From: Acidimicrobiales bacterium
GTDB taxonomy: Bacteria; Actinomycetota; Acidimicrobiia; Acidimicrobiales; RAAP-2
Assembly: GCA_035510855.1 (NCBI GenBank)
Contig: DATKGG010000069.1
Coordinates: 9,788-73,787, forward strand
Direction of reading: 5' to 3'
DNA: 64,000 nucleotides
Shown here in pieces: positions 19,584 to 29,587 of this stretch; the stretch's first letter is position 1, and each line of letters begins with the position of its first letter. Position numbers and translations under genes: made by a program. Below the pieces are notes generated by a model, which was not told the DNA's origin, did no database searches, and was given only the letters and a program-made list of their open reading frames with translations.

Positions 19584-19586
19584 GCC

Positions 19587-20228
19587 TCAGAGGCCCCCGA
19601 GGAGCAGGGTCGAGTGCACCTTGTGTCGGATGTTGATCGTCGCGCACACCGCGGTGAATGCCTCGATCGCGCCAGCCTGGGCGAGGCTCCCCACCTCGAC
19701 GGCGCGCAGCCCGTCGATTGAGTCAACGAATCGGCACGTCACCTCGCGCGCGGCGGCGTCGTCGCCGCAGACGAGGACGTCGGCGCGGAGCCCGCTGTCC
19801 ACGTCCTCCATCTTCGAGGCCGGCAGGTGGTGCAGCGCTCCGGTCACCCGCGCAGCGGGGATCGCGGCTTGGAGCTGGGCTGCCATCGAGCCCCTCGGCG
19901 GAAGGAGTGCGAGCAGCTCGCGTCCTTGCTTGGCGAGTGCATTGGCCATGGAGATCACGACCTTGCCGTCGAGGGCTGCGGCCAGTGGGTGCACGGTCGC
20001 GACGACGGCGTCCCAGGGCGTGGCGACGACGACGAGCTCGGCGAGGGCTGCCTCCTCGTTGCTGCAGCCGTGCAACTCGTAGCCGAGGTCGCCCCCGAGC
20101 GCGCGGGCGACGCTCGCCGCGCGCTCGCCGTCGCGCGACCCGAGGCGGACGTCGTGACCCGCCTGCGCCGCCCTGATGGCGAGGCCGCGACCCGCGGGAC
20201 CGGTTCCGCCGAGGATGCCAACCTGCAC
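19587..20228 (-). CDS. npdG: NADPH-dependent F420 reductase (NpdG/FNO-like)
   Basis: Trimmed to GTG 20226-20228. VGILGGTGPAGRGLAIRAAQAGHDVRLGSRD Rossmann N-terminus and a length of about 213 aa are typical of F420:NADP oxidoreductases. Confidence 0.7.
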   Translation of the reverse strand: MQVGILGGTGPAGRGLAIRAAQAGHDVRLGSRDGERAASVARALGGDLGYELHGCSNEEAALAELVVVATPWDAVVATVHPLAAALDGKVVISMANALAKQGRELLALLPPRGSMAAQLQAAIPAARVTGALHHLPASKMEDVDSGLRADVLVCGDDAAAREVTCRFVDSIDGLRAVEVGSLAQAGAIEAFTAVCATINIRHKVHSTLLLGGL

Positions 20229-20278
20229 TGCGCAACCTTCCCACAGTCGTCTTGCATGGTGCGAAGTAGCGTGGTTGT

Positions 20279-21061
20279 GTGTCACTCCTCACTGGGAAAT
20301 GTCTCCTCATCACTGGCGTGCTCACGTCGGACTCGCTCGCCTTCACCGTTGCGCAGCGCGCGCTCGAGGAGGGCGCGCGCGTCGCGCTCTCGGGTGCGGG
20401 CCGGGGCATGTCGCTCACGCGGCGGACCGCAAGGCGGCTCGGTGATGTCGGGGAGGTCCTGGAGCTCGATGTCACGGTCCCTGCCCAGATGGACGAGGCG
20501 TGTGACGCGCTTCGTGAGCGCTTCGGCCGACTCGATGGGCTGCTCCACGCGATCGGGTACGCGCCGGCTGACTGCCTCGGCCACGGCATGCTCGTCGCGA
20601 GCGCGTCGGACGTCGGTACCGCCTTCGAGGTCTCGACCTACTCACTGGCAGGCCTCACCCGAGCGATGCTGCCGCTCCTCGAGGTCGCCGGCCGCGACAC
20701 CGGCGCGTCCGTCGTCGGGCTCGACTTCGACGGGACCCGGGCATGGCCCGTCTACGACTGGATGGGCGTCGCCAAGGCCGGCCTCGAGTCGCTGACGAGG
20801 TACCTCGCAAAAGAGCTCGGGCCGAGAGGCATTCGGGTGAACCTCGTCGCTTCGGGGCCGGTGCGCACCATCGCGGCGAAGTCGATCCCCGGCTTCGCGG
20901 CATTCGAGGACACGTGGGGCGATCACGCACCGCTCGGTTGGGACGTGCACGATGCCACACCTGCCGCGAACGCGGCGATCGCCCTGTTCTCGGATCTCCT
21001 CAAGGCAACCACTGGTCACGTTCTGCACGCCGACGGTGGCGTTCACACGATTGGCATGTGA
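20279..21061 (+). CDS. fabI: enoyl-[acyl-carrier-protein] reductase (NADH), InhA/FabI type
   Basis: 260 aa. Collinear with my memory of InhA: LLTGKCLLITGVLTSDSLAF, LDGLLHAIGYAP, WMGVAKAGLESLTRYLAKELG, RVNLVASGPVRT, APLGWDVHDATP. Confidence 0.9.
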   Translation: MSLLTGKCLLITGVLTSDSLAFTVAQRALEEGARVALSGAGRGMSLTRRTARRLGDVGEVLELDVTVPAQMDEACDALRERFGRLDGLLHAIGYAPADCLGHGMLVASASDVGTAFEVSTYSLAGLTRAMLPLLEVAGRDTGASVVGLDFDGTRAWPVYDWMGVAKAGLESLTRYLAKELGPRGIRVNLVASGPVRTIAAKSIPGFAAFEDTWGDHAPLGWDVHDATPAANAAIALFSDLLKATTGHVLHADGGVHTIGM

Positions 21062-21093
21062 ACATAGTCAGCAGTGCCTGAGGAGGTGTCGGC

Positions 21094-22581
21094 GTGGCCC
21101 TGAAGATCGAAGGCGGACGAAGAAGCGCCCCAACTCGACACGTCATCAGCCTCGCCGCACCCCGTCGCCCCCGGCGCGGGATGAACACGAGGGCCTACAC
21201 GGTCGGGATTGTCACCAGTGACTTCCTGCTCGCATGGGCGTCGCTCGCGATCGGCTTGTACCTGCTCAGCCTCGTGTCCAGGAACCCCGAGAACCGGCTC
21301 TCCAACTTCTGGGTGAACTACCCGCACGGCACCGCACTCCCGCTCGGCATCGTGCTCGGCATGACGCTCGCGGGGATGTACCGAATGTCGCGTCGAAGCC
21401 CGACGCAGAGCACGTTCACCGAGCTCCAGAACTACACGATGGGTGTCACCTTTGGTGGCGTGCTCGCACTCGCGCTCTCCTACATCGCGCACCACTACGC
21501 GCACTACACCGTCCAGGTGGCTACCCAGGTGCTCGCCGCGATGTTCGTCGCGGTCTTCCTGCTCCCGATCGGGCACGCCGTCTTGCGACACGAGGTCCTC
21601 CGCCAGAGCCCCGTGCGCGTGCTCATCGTCGATCGCGGCGAGGGCGTCGCGCGCTTCACGACGCACCTTCGCTTGAGCTTCGGGATTCAGGTCGTGGGCT
21701 GGGTGGCGACGACCGAGTCGCTACCGCCCGGCGCGCTCGGTCGGCTCTCGGACCTCGAGGAGGTGATCAGGAACTTTGACGTGGACCGCATCATCATCGG
21801 GTCGACGGGCGACTTCGAGGGCGACCACCTCGCCGAGTACCGCCGCGCCATGCAGCTCGCCGACGTCGCCTTGGTGCCGAGGGTCTTCGAGCTCGTCTCG
21901 TGGCGCTCGCGGCTCACCGAGCTGTCGGGCCTGCCGCTGCTCGAGACCGTCCCGCCTCAGATGACCGCGCTCGACCGGTTCACGAAGCGGGCCTTCGACG
22001 TCGTGGTCGCGAGCGTGCTCGTGTCCGTCAGCATCCCGTTCGCGCTCGTGATCGCTGCCGCCGTGAAGCTGACGTCCCCGGGCCCGGTCTTCTTCCGCCA
22101 GGAGCGCCTGGGACGCCACCGCCGGACCTTCACGATCTACAAGTTCCGGACCATGCGCGTCGACAGGTCGGCGCGACGTGGAGACATCGACGAGGTGCTC
22201 GACGGTCTCGTGCCGCTGCACGAGGCGCGAGGAAAGGCCGACGACGTCGAGCGGCTGACGCCGATCGGTGGGTTCCTGCGGCGCACCGGACTCGACGAGA
22301 TACCCCAGTTCGCGAACGTCCTTGCGGGCTCGATGTCGGTCGTCGGGCCGAGGCCGTTCGTGACCTCGGAGTCAGAGCCGCCCTCGGGCTGGACGGCGCG
22401 CCGCTTCGACCTCCGCCCCGGCATCACCGGGCTGTGGCAGGTCTCGGGGCGCAACGAGCTGACCGCCGAGGAGCTCCGTCAGCTCGACTACCTCTACGTC
22501 ACGAGCTGGGCGCTGTGGTGGGACATAAAGATATGTGCGGACACGCCTCGGGCGATGATCCGGGGGCTCGGTGCCTACTGA
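21094..22581 (+). CDS. polyprenyl-phosphate sugar phosphotransferase (WbaP/CpsE-type priming enzyme)
   Basis: 495 aa. GTG preceded by GAGGAGG. N-terminal TM helices. The C-terminal bacterial sugar-transferase domain reads KRAFDVVVASVLV...SPGPVFFRQERLG...FTIYKFRTM...IPQFANVLAGSMSVVGPRP...PGITGLWQVSGR. An alternative ATG lies at 21181. Confidence 0.85.
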   Translation: MALKIEGGRRSAPTRHVISLAAPRRPRRGMNTRAYTVGIVTSDFLLAWASLAIGLYLLSLVSRNPENRLSNFWVNYPHGTALPLGIVLGMTLAGMYRMSRRSPTQSTFTELQNYTMGVTFGGVLALALSYIAHHYAHYTVQVATQVLAAMFVAVFLLPIGHAVLRHEVLRQSPVRVLIVDRGEGVARFTTHLRLSFGIQVVGWVATTESLPPGALGRLSDLEEVIRNFDVDRIIIGSTGDFEGDHLAEYRRAMQLADVALVPRVFELVSWRSRLTELSGLPLLETVPPQMTALDRFTKRAFDVVVASVLVSVSIPFALVIAAAVKLTSPGPVFFRQERLGRHRRTFTIYKFRTMRVDRSARRGDIDEVLDGLVPLHEARGKADDVERLTPIGGFLRRTGLDEIPQFANVLAGSMSVVGPRPFVTSESEPPSGWTARRFDLRPGITGLWQVSGRNELTAEELRQLDYLYVTSWALWWDIKICADTPRAMIRGLGAY

Positions 22582-23662
22582 GCTCACGATCGTTCACGAC
22601 TATCTGACACAACGAGGCGGTGCCGAACGAGTCGTCCTGGTCTTCGCAGAGGCCTTCCCCGACGCCCCGATCCTGACCTCGCTCTACGACCCCGACGACA
22701 CGTTCGAGGCATTCGGCGACCTGGAGGTGCGCACCGGCATCCTCGATCGCTCGGCCTTCCTGCGCGAGCACCATCGCGTTGCGCTGCCGTTCCTCGCCCC
22801 GTGGTTCGCCTCCCAGCATGTCGACGCCGACGTCGTGCTCGCGAGCAGCTCAGGCTGGGCCCACGAGGCGCGCACCGACGGCCGGCTCATTGTCTACTGC
22901 CACGCCCCGGCCAGGTGGCTGTACCAACAAGAGCAGTACCTCGGCCGCTCGACGCTGCGCTCCTTCGTGGGACGCGCGGCGATGGGCGTGCTCGGCCCGC
23001 CGCTGCGGCGCGCCGACCAGTCGGCGGCACGGCGCGCGGCCACCTACCTCGCCAACTCGACCGCGACCGCCGAGGTCATCCGCACGCTCTACAGACGAGA
23101 CGCCGAGGTGCTCTGGCCGCCGCCCGCGCTCACCTCTGACGGGCCGATCACGCCGGTCGACGGGCTCGACGCGGGTTTCGTGCTGTGCGTCTCTCGACTC
23201 CTCGCCTACAAGCAGGTCGGCCTCGTCGTCGACGCGGCGCGCGAGTCGCCCTCGCTGCGCTACGTCATGGTCGGCGAGGGACCCTTGCTCGGACCGCTCA
23301 GCGAGGTCGCGCCGCCCAACGTCCGCTTCCTCGGCACGGTTGACGACCCGACGCTGCGCTGGTGCTACGCCGCGGCGTCGGTGCTCGTGTCGGTCAGCTT
23401 CGAGGACCTCGGGCTCACGCCCCTCGAGGCGGCGGCCAACGGCACGCCGACGGTCGCGCGTCGCTTCGGCGGCTACCTCGACACGGTGTGCGACGGCGAG
23501 ACGGGGATCCTGCTCGACGAGGTGAACCCCGTCTCGATCGCGCGAGCCGTCGAGTCCCTGGCGGCCAACCCGCCTGGCGCCGCGACGCTCGACGAGCATG
23601 CCGCGGCGTTCGGCAAGGACCGGTTCGTCGCGCGGCTGCGCGACGTCGTCAGTTCTGCCTGA
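22571..23662 (+). CDS. glycosyltransferase family 4
   Basis: 363 aa. The GTG start lies 11 nt inside the end of the previous gene. GT-B pattern with E-x7-E (SFEDLGLTPLEAAANGTP). Confidence 0.75.
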   Translation: MPTELTIVHDYLTQRGGAERVVLVFAEAFPDAPILTSLYDPDDTFEAFGDLEVRTGILDRSAFLREHHRVALPFLAPWFASQHVDADVVLASSSGWAHEARTDGRLIVYCHAPARWLYQQEQYLGRSTLRSFVGRAAMGVLGPPLRRADQSAARRAATYLANSTATAEVIRTLYRRDAEVLWPPPALTSDGPITPVDGLDAGFVLCVSRLLAYKQVGLVVDAARESPSLRYVMVGEGPLLGPLSEVAPPNVRFLGTVDDPTLRWCYAAASVLVSVSFEDLGLTPLEAAANGTPTVARRFGGYLDTVCDGETGILLDEVNPVSIARAVESLAANPPGAATLDEHAAAFGKDRFVARLRDVVSSA

Positions 23663-24746
23663 CGCGGGCGAGCAGCTCGAGGAAGTTCGTCGCGACCCGG
23701 GGGATCGAGAACGCGGCCAGCGCCCGTGGCCTGGCCTCGTGTCCGAGCGCGGCGGTGCCAACCCGGTCCGCAGCACGCTCGGTGATCGCGCGGGCAAGCT
23801 CGTCCGGGTCGCGCTCGGGGACGAGGATGCCCCCGCCGGTCTCCCCCACGACCCAGGGGATGGACCCCGTCGCGGTCGCGAGCACGGGGACGCCGTGGGC
23901 GAGCGACTCGACGAGCACGCGCCCGAACTGCTCCTCCCAGGTGGCGGTCGTGCGGCTGGGCACGCAGGTGAGGTCAGACATCGCGTAGACGTCGCCGACC
24001 GACGCGTGGGGCACCGCGCCGAGCAGCCGCACGCGCTCGCCGGCACCGCTGACGCGGTCACGCAATGGTCCGTCACCAGCGACCACGAGGCGGGCGTCGA
24101 TCTCGAGCGACTCGAACGCATCGAGCAGGTCCTCGATGCCCTTCTCGGGAGCCAGTCGTCCTACGAATCCGATGGTGAAGGGCCCGTCGGGCATCGGGCG
24201 CTCGTCGGCCGCGTCGACGCCGTGGGGGACGACCTGCACCAGGCCAGTGGCACCCCAGCTGGTGGCGAGCGCCGCCGCGGCCGGGGAGCGAGCAGCGACG
24301 AATGCGGCGCGGGCGAGCACGTCGTGGCGCCAGCGCTGCGCGACAGCGGGAAGTCGTCGATCGAGGGTCTCGGCGAGCTGCACGCCGAAAGGAAGTCCAA
24401 GTCGACGTGCGGCCCAGCTCCACTGCAGCGCCGCGACCGAGAACGGCTCCTCTTCGATGAAGACGACGCTCGGTCTGATCCGTCGGAGCATCGAGGTGCA
24501 CGCCGCGAGGTACGCGTGGCGCTGCGGTCGTCCGCGACCCAGCACGTTGGCGAACGTCACGTTGCCACGTAGCTCGGGGGCGACGTGGGCGTCAAAGCCC
24601 TCCGGCGCGTACTCGCTTGACCATCGCCTCGGCACCACGAGGTGCACGCCGACCCCGCGGCTCGCCAGCTCGACGTAGACCTGCTGGTTTGCCGGCAGCA
24701 CGCAGGCGTGGCTCACCACCGCCACGGTGCCTTCGACGCGTGCCAC
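23649..24746 (-). CDS. glycosyltransferase family 4
   Basis: ORF 23649..24959 trimmed to GTG 24744-24746. GFVGRLAPEKGIEDLL and E-x7-E (WEEQFGRVLVESLAHGVPV). Its 3' end overlaps the convergent GT4 by 14 nt. Confidence 0.75.
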   Translation of the reverse strand: MARVEGTVAVVSHACVLPANQQVYVELASRGVGVHLVVPRRWSSEYAPEGFDAHVAPELRGNVTFANVLGRGRPQRHAYLAACTSMLRRIRPSVVFIEEEPFSVAALQWSWAARRLGLPFGVQLAETLDRRLPAVAQRWRHDVLARAAFVAARSPAAAALATSWGATGLVQVVPHGVDAADERPMPDGPFTIGFVGRLAPEKGIEDLLDAFESLEIDARLVVAGDGPLRDRVSGAGERVRLLGAVPHASVGDVYAMSDLTCVPSRTTATWEEQFGRVLVESLAHGVPVLATATGSIPWVVGETGGGILVPERDPDELARAITERAADRVGTAALGHEARPRALAAFSIPRVATNFLELLARVRQN

Positions 24747-24867
24747 GTCGGTATCGTCGCAGCCGGCCCGAGCGGCGTGCCGGACCCCTTTCACACACCC
24801 GCCTCTCGCGACAGGCGTGGCGCCGTGTCGACGGTCCGATAAGGCGGCAACGCCCGTCTGGAACACT

Positions 24868-26523
24868 GTGGTCGTGTCGGACGACCACGACGCGCCGGCG
24901 CCCGCCGCGCTGCAGCGCGGCACCGAGTTCCGAGGGCGACGCGTCGCGATCAACAGCATGACGCTGCTTGCCGGTCAGATCTTCTTCACCCTGATCGGCT
25001 TCGTCACGACGCCGGTGGTGCTGACCCACGTCGGTCTCGTCGAGTTCGGGCTCTGGGGACTCATCATGACGACGGTGGGCTACATCACCGTCGTCGACCC
25101 GGGCTTCGGCGATCTCGTCACCCGCTACGGCGCGAGGGCCCGCCTTGCTGGCGACCGGGACATGGGGGCGAGCCTTTGCTCGGTGGCCTCGCTCGCATGG
25201 ATCGGCTTCGGGATCCTCGGGCTCCCGATCCTCATCTGGGCGATCCCTGCCTGGGTCCCGCACCTCGACCTGCACGCGGGGCTCAGCAACGTCGCGATCG
25301 AGTTCTTCGAGTGGGGGTACGCGTACACGGTCGCCGGCTGTCTCAACGCGATCATGTCGTCACGGCTGACCGCCATTGGTGACCAATGGCTCGTGACGGT
25401 GATCGACGCAGCCACGCGGCTCGTCTACGCGGGCGTCCTGCTCGGCATGCTGTTCACCGGCAGCAAGCTGAGCGCCCTCGTGGTCGCCTCGTCGGTCCAG
25501 CTCGCCGTGACGTTCGTCGTCACGGTCGGCTTCGTCTCGGTCCGTGCAGGCGCCCCCTACGGGAATCCCTTCCGACTGGACCGCTCCATGCTCCGTGAGA
25601 TGACGAGGTTCGGCAGCTGGCTTCAGCTGGGTGGCGTCCTTGAGCTGCTCACCTATGAGACGGACGCCGTCGTCATCAGCACCTTCGTGTCGGTCGGTCG
25701 AAACGGCACCTACCAGCTCGCCCAGAAGGCCGCGGGGATGACGACCTACTTCGGCTTCATCGCCCAGTCCTCGATGCTCAGCGCGATCTCGGCCGCCTAC
25801 GCCGCAGGCGAGGGGCTCGCGGCAATGCGGCGCATGTACACGAGGGCGAACCGGCTGGTCGCGCTGCTCGGGAGCCTGATCGGCGGCTCGCTCCTCGGGA
25901 TGGCGCCGGTCTTCTTCGCGTTCTGGCTGGGCAACTACCCGCCGCGCGGCGGGATCCCGATCACCGACGCGGCGGCGTGCCTCGCCGTTGCCGCGCTGCT
26001 CATCGGACTGCCCCGGCCCGCGGCGGCCGCGACGATCATGGCGATGGGGCGCGTCGGCCTCGGCGTGCGGGCCCAGCTCGCAGCCTTCGTGATCAACCTG
26101 ATCCTGACCGTCGCGCTCGTCAAGCCCCTCGGGATGGTGGGCGTGATGCTCGCGACGGTGATCGCCAAGCTCGTCGCGACCGGCTACCTCCTCGTCCGGT
26201 TCCACCGGCTCATTGACGGCTCGGCCCGGGACCTGTTGTTCTCGTGGATGACCAAGCTGGTCGCGGCGATCGTCGCGGGGGCAGGCTGCGCACGCCTGGT
26301 ACTCCTGGTCCTGCCGAACTCAGTGGTGCACCAGCGCATGCCCGCACTGGGGGCCCTCGTGGTGCTCGGGCTGGTGTACGCGTCAGTGTTCCTGCTCGTC
26401 ATCCGCGTGACGAAGTACTTCGCCGCCGAGGACCTCGCGTGGTTCGAGGAGATCCTTCCCGGGCCGTTCTCCAGGGTTGTCGCTCACCGTGCGACGCGCG
26501 GGCTCTTGGGCATCAGCGCGTGA
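24868..26523 (+). CDS. MOP-superfamily polysaccharide flippase (Wzx-like)
   Basis: ORF 24727..26523 trimmed to GTG 24868, because the upstream part overlaps the divergent GT4 and is Arg/Pro-rich. About 550 aa with 12-14 hydrophobic helices in the polysaccharide-biosynthesis-protein arrangement. Confidence 0.7.
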   Translation: MVVSDDHDAPAPAALQRGTEFRGRRVAINSMTLLAGQIFFTLIGFVTTPVVLTHVGLVEFGLWGLIMTTVGYITVVDPGFGDLVTRYGARARLAGDRDMGASLCSVASLAWIGFGILGLPILIWAIPAWVPHLDLHAGLSNVAIEFFEWGYAYTVAGCLNAIMSSRLTAIGDQWLVTVIDAATRLVYAGVLLGMLFTGSKLSALVVASSVQLAVTFVVTVGFVSVRAGAPYGNPFRLDRSMLREMTRFGSWLQLGGVLELLTYETDAVVISTFVSVGRNGTYQLAQKAAGMTTYFGFIAQSSMLSAISAAYAAGEGLAAMRRMYTRANRLVALLGSLIGGSLLGMAPVFFAFWLGNYPPRGGIPITDAAACLAVAALLIGLPRPAAAATIMAMGRVGLGVRAQLAAFVINLILTVALVKPLGMVGVMLATVIAKLVATGYLLVRFHRLIDGSARDLLFSWMTKLVAAIVAGAGCARLVLLVLPNSVVHQRMPALGALVVLGLVYASVFLLVIRVTKYFAAEDLAWFEEILPGPFSRVVAHRATRGLLGISA

Positions 26524-27446
26524 CGACGGTCGCCGTCGTGATCCCGACGCACCGTCGATCGGGATCGCTGGCGGATTGCCTTGCCGCGCTGGGCACCCAG
26601 GACCGCGCACCCGATGAGGTGCTCGTCGTCGCGCGCACCGGCGATGCCGACAGCGCGCGCGTCGTGGCGGCCGCGCCGATTCGTTGCGACTATCTGGAGC
26701 TCGACGAGCCCGGCGTGCTCGCCGCCATGGCCGCGGGCGCGCGGGTCGCGACGAGCGACGTGATCTGCTTCACCGACGACGACGCCGCCGCGCCGAGCGG
26801 CTGGCTCACCGGGCTCCTGGCGCTGCTCGAGGCTGCACCTGGCGTTGGCGCCGCGGGCGGCCGCGACGAGCTCTTCGACGGCGACGTCCCGCGGAGCGAG
26901 CCGCGGACCAGCGACGTCGGCCGCCTGACCTGGTTCGGGCGCCATGTGGGCAACCACCACCTCGGCACCGGTGCTCCACGAGAGGTCGCGTTCCTCAAGG
27001 GCGTGAACGCCGCGTACCGCCGGGGCGCCCTCGGCATCCCGCGCGGGCTCCGCGGCTCGGGCGCCCAGGCGCACTTCGAGATCGCGGTCGGCCGCTTCGC
27101 GCGGTCCCGCGGCTTCACCCTGCTCTATGACCCCGAGCTCTCCGTGCAGCACCGTCCCGCAGGGCGGCTCGGCGAGGACACCCGCGCCGATCCGTCGCGG
27201 GTCGCGATGAGCGACGCGGCCTACAACCTCGTGGTCGCGATCGGCGGCGTGCGCGGCGGCGTGCGCAGCGTCTACGCGGTCATGGTCGGCGACCGTGGCT
27301 GCCCGGGGCTCGCGCGCGGGCTGCTGGCCCTCGTTCGCCACGACCCGACGACGGCCCGCAAGGTCGTGCCCTCGATGCGCGGGACCTTGGCGGGAGGCTG
27401 GGCGCTCGTGCGCGGGCGCGGCGTGACCTACGAGACCTTCGACTGA
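26520..27446 (+). CDS. glycosyltransferase family 2
   Basis: ORF 26244..27446 trimmed to GTG 26520 (GTGA overlap with the flippase stop). VAVVIPTHRRSGSLADCLAALGTQ and DxD (ICFTDDDAA). Confidence 0.75.
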   Translation: MTTVAVVIPTHRRSGSLADCLAALGTQDRAPDEVLVVARTGDADSARVVAAAPIRCDYLELDEPGVLAAMAAGARVATSDVICFTDDDAAAPSGWLTGLLALLEAAPGVGAAGGRDELFDGDVPRSEPRTSDVGRLTWFGRHVGNHHLGTGAPREVAFLKGVNAAYRRGALGIPRGLRGSGAQAHFEIAVGRFARSRGFTLLYDPELSVQHRPAGRLGEDTRADPSRVAMSDAAYNLVVAIGGVRGGVRSVYAVMVGDRGCPGLARGLLALVRHDPTTARKVVPSMRGTLAGGWALVRGRGVTYETFD

Positions 27447-29587
27447 GCAGCCGCGACGAGCTCGGCCTCCAAGAGCGCCGCGACCACCCCGGGCGCGAAT
27501 CGCGCTGCCTCCTTGCGGCACCGAGCCGCGAGGTACGCCCGCTCGTCGTCGGAGAGCGCGAGCAGCTCGCGCACCGCGGCCGCGGCCGCAGTGACGTCGC
27601 CGGGCTCGACCACGCGCGCCACGTCGGCGGGGAGCCCCTGGGCCGCGCCGACGGCCGGGGTGACGATGACGGGCGTCCCGCACGCGAGCGCCTCGGCGAC
27701 GGTGAGCCCGAAGGGCTCGTAGCGGGAGAGCTGCACCAAGCAGAGTGATCGAGCCAGGAGCCTCGCGACCTCGTCGCGGTCGAGGTGGCCAACGGCCCGT
27801 CCGACGAGGTCGTCGAGGTCCTCGAGCATGCCCGAGTAGTCGCTCCACAGCGACGGGGCGCCGACGACGAGCACCTCGACGTGCCCGGCGAGGTCGCGCA
27901 ACGCGTGCGAGAGCGCGACGACGTCCTCCAGTCCCTTGCGCACGGTGAGCCGCCCGACGCTCACGACCGAGGCGGGCGCGGTCACGCCACCGTCGACGAT
28001 GGGCGTCGCGGGGCCGAAGCGCTCGAGGTCGATGCAGTTGGGGACGACCGCGACGCGGTCAGGGTCGAGCCCGTAGTCCGACACGAGGTCGCGGCGGAAC
28101 GCAGGCGAGATCGCAAGGACGCGGTCAGCACGACGGGCGTCGCGACGCTGTCGGGCGGCGCGCGCGACGAGCCAGGCGCGCACGAGCATCGGTCGCCACG
28201 CACCTTCGAGCGCGGCTGACAGGACGCGCTCCTCGCGCATCCAGCGCAGTTCGCCCGCCGCGTGGACTGACGGGTGCACGACGAGCGGGGGGCGCCCCTG
28301 CCGAGCGCCGGGCACGCCGAAGGACTCGAGGTTGGAGCACTGGTAGATGACGTCGTAGGGCACGGCTCGGTGCCTCGCGGCGAGCGTCGCGGCGAGGCGA
28401 CGCCGCGCGAGCGCGGCGGCGACCTGGTGCGAGGCCATCTTGGTGAGCCGGTCCCTCGAGTACCAGCGCTCGAAGCCGAACCTCGAGTGCGCGGCCACGA
28501 CCTCGATCCCCGGCACGCCGCCGAGCTCGCCGGGACCCTCGGTCTCTCGGCTCGTCGCCACGTAGCAGTCGATGCTCGAGCCGCGAGCGGCGAGCGCCTC
28601 GAGGAGCAGGCCTGCCACCCCTGGTGCGCCCCCCGTGCGGGGGTTGGGCACCGGACCGACGTACGCGATGCGCAGGGCGGGGCGCTCGAGGCCCGGTGCA
28701 GGCGCCGTCGAGCGATCCTTGTGGTGCCGCCACTGCGTGGCGGTCACCCAGCCAGCGACCGCCAGCTGTCCTGCGGCGAGTCGAGCCCATCGCGCCGCCC
28801 GCCGCGGTGACCCGTCGATGCCGCCCTCGGCGCTCGCGATGGTGCGCCACCGCCGGAGCATCGAGGCGAGCGGCGCGACGCGAACCGGCAGCCGTGAGGC
28901 CTTCGCGTCAGGGAAGCGGCGGAGCAAGAGCCAGTCGTCGACGACGAGCCGACCACGCCTGTCCCACTGGCGAGCCCCGAACGGGCGGCCGGGGTGCACA
29001 ACACGCATGGCCGGGTTGAACCGCACGTCGCCGACGCTCGACCGCACGCGCCACGCGAGGTCACGGTCCTCGTGCGCGGCATGCGGGAACTGTCGGTCGA
29101 AGCCGCCGACGGCCCGCAGCGCCGAGGCCCGGTACGCGACGTTGCACGTCAGGTAGCTCCCGCCGTCGTGGTCGAACACGGAGTGCTCGTAGAGGGGGTC
29201 GAATGTGGGCGAGTCGGTCCGTCCCGTGACGCCCGCCGCCGCGGGGAACGACTCGAGGGTCTCGAGGGCCTCGGCGAGCCAGCGGACGTCGACCTCGACG
29301 TCGTCGTCGGTGAACGCGACGACCGGTGCCGTGGCCCCGGCGATGCCGAGATTCCTCGCGCGCGACGGCCCGACGCCGGTGGTGCGCAGGACACGGACGC
29401 GCTCGTCGCGCACCGCTGCGACGGGCGGTGCCGAGCCGTCGTCAACGACGAGGAGCTCGCAGCGTCGTCCGGTCGCGTCGCACGCGGCGAGCACACCCGC
29501 CACGCAGCGCTCGAGCAGTGCGGGGCGGTCCTTGGTCGGGATGACGACGCTGATCGCCGGGTCGGGTGCGGCGCCGTTGCTAGCCAC
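27428..29587 (-). CDS. two-module glycosyltransferase (N-terminal GT2 fused to C-terminal GT4)
   Basis: ORF 27428..29791 trimmed to GTG 29585-29587. The GT2 part reads ISVVIPTKDRPALL, LLVVDDGS, VAFTDDDVEV. A linker of about 80 aa follows. The GT4 part runs from ALRIAYVGP (about 28640) with VGRLTVRKGLED and E-x7-E (RYEPFGLTVAEALACGTP). One uninterrupted frame. Confidence 0.75.
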   Translation of the reverse strand: MASNGAAPDPAISVVIPTKDRPALLERCVAGVLAACDATGRRCELLVVDDGSAPPVAAVRDERVRVLRTTGVGPSRARNLGIAGATAPVVAFTDDDVEVDVRWLAEALETLESFPAAAGVTGRTDSPTFDPLYEHSVFDHDGGSYLTCNVAYRASALRAVGGFDRQFPHAAHEDRDLAWRVRSSVGDVRFNPAMRVVHPGRPFGARQWDRRGRLVVDDWLLLRRFPDAKASRLPVRVAPLASMLRRWRTIASAEGGIDGSPRRAARWARLAAGQLAVAGWVTATQWRHHKDRSTAPAPGLERPALRIAYVGPVPNPRTGGAPGVAGLLLEALAARGSSIDCYVATSRETEGPGELGGVPGIEVVAAHSRFGFERWYSRDRLTKMASHQVAAALARRRLAATLAARHRAVPYDVIYQCSNLESFGVPGARQGRPPLVVHPSVHAAGELRWMREERVLSAALEGAWRPMLVRAWLVARAARQRRDARRADRVLAISPAFRRDLVSDYGLDPDRVAVVPNCIDLERFGPATPIVDGGVTAPASVVSVGRLTVRKGLEDVVALSHALRDLAGHVEVLVVGAPSLWSDYSGMLEDLDDLVGRAVGHLDRDEVARLLARSLCLVQLSRYEPFGLTVAEALACGTPVIVTPAVGAAQGLPADVARVVEPGDVTAAAAAVRELLALSDDERAYLAARCRKEAARFAPGVVAALLEAELVAAAQSKVS

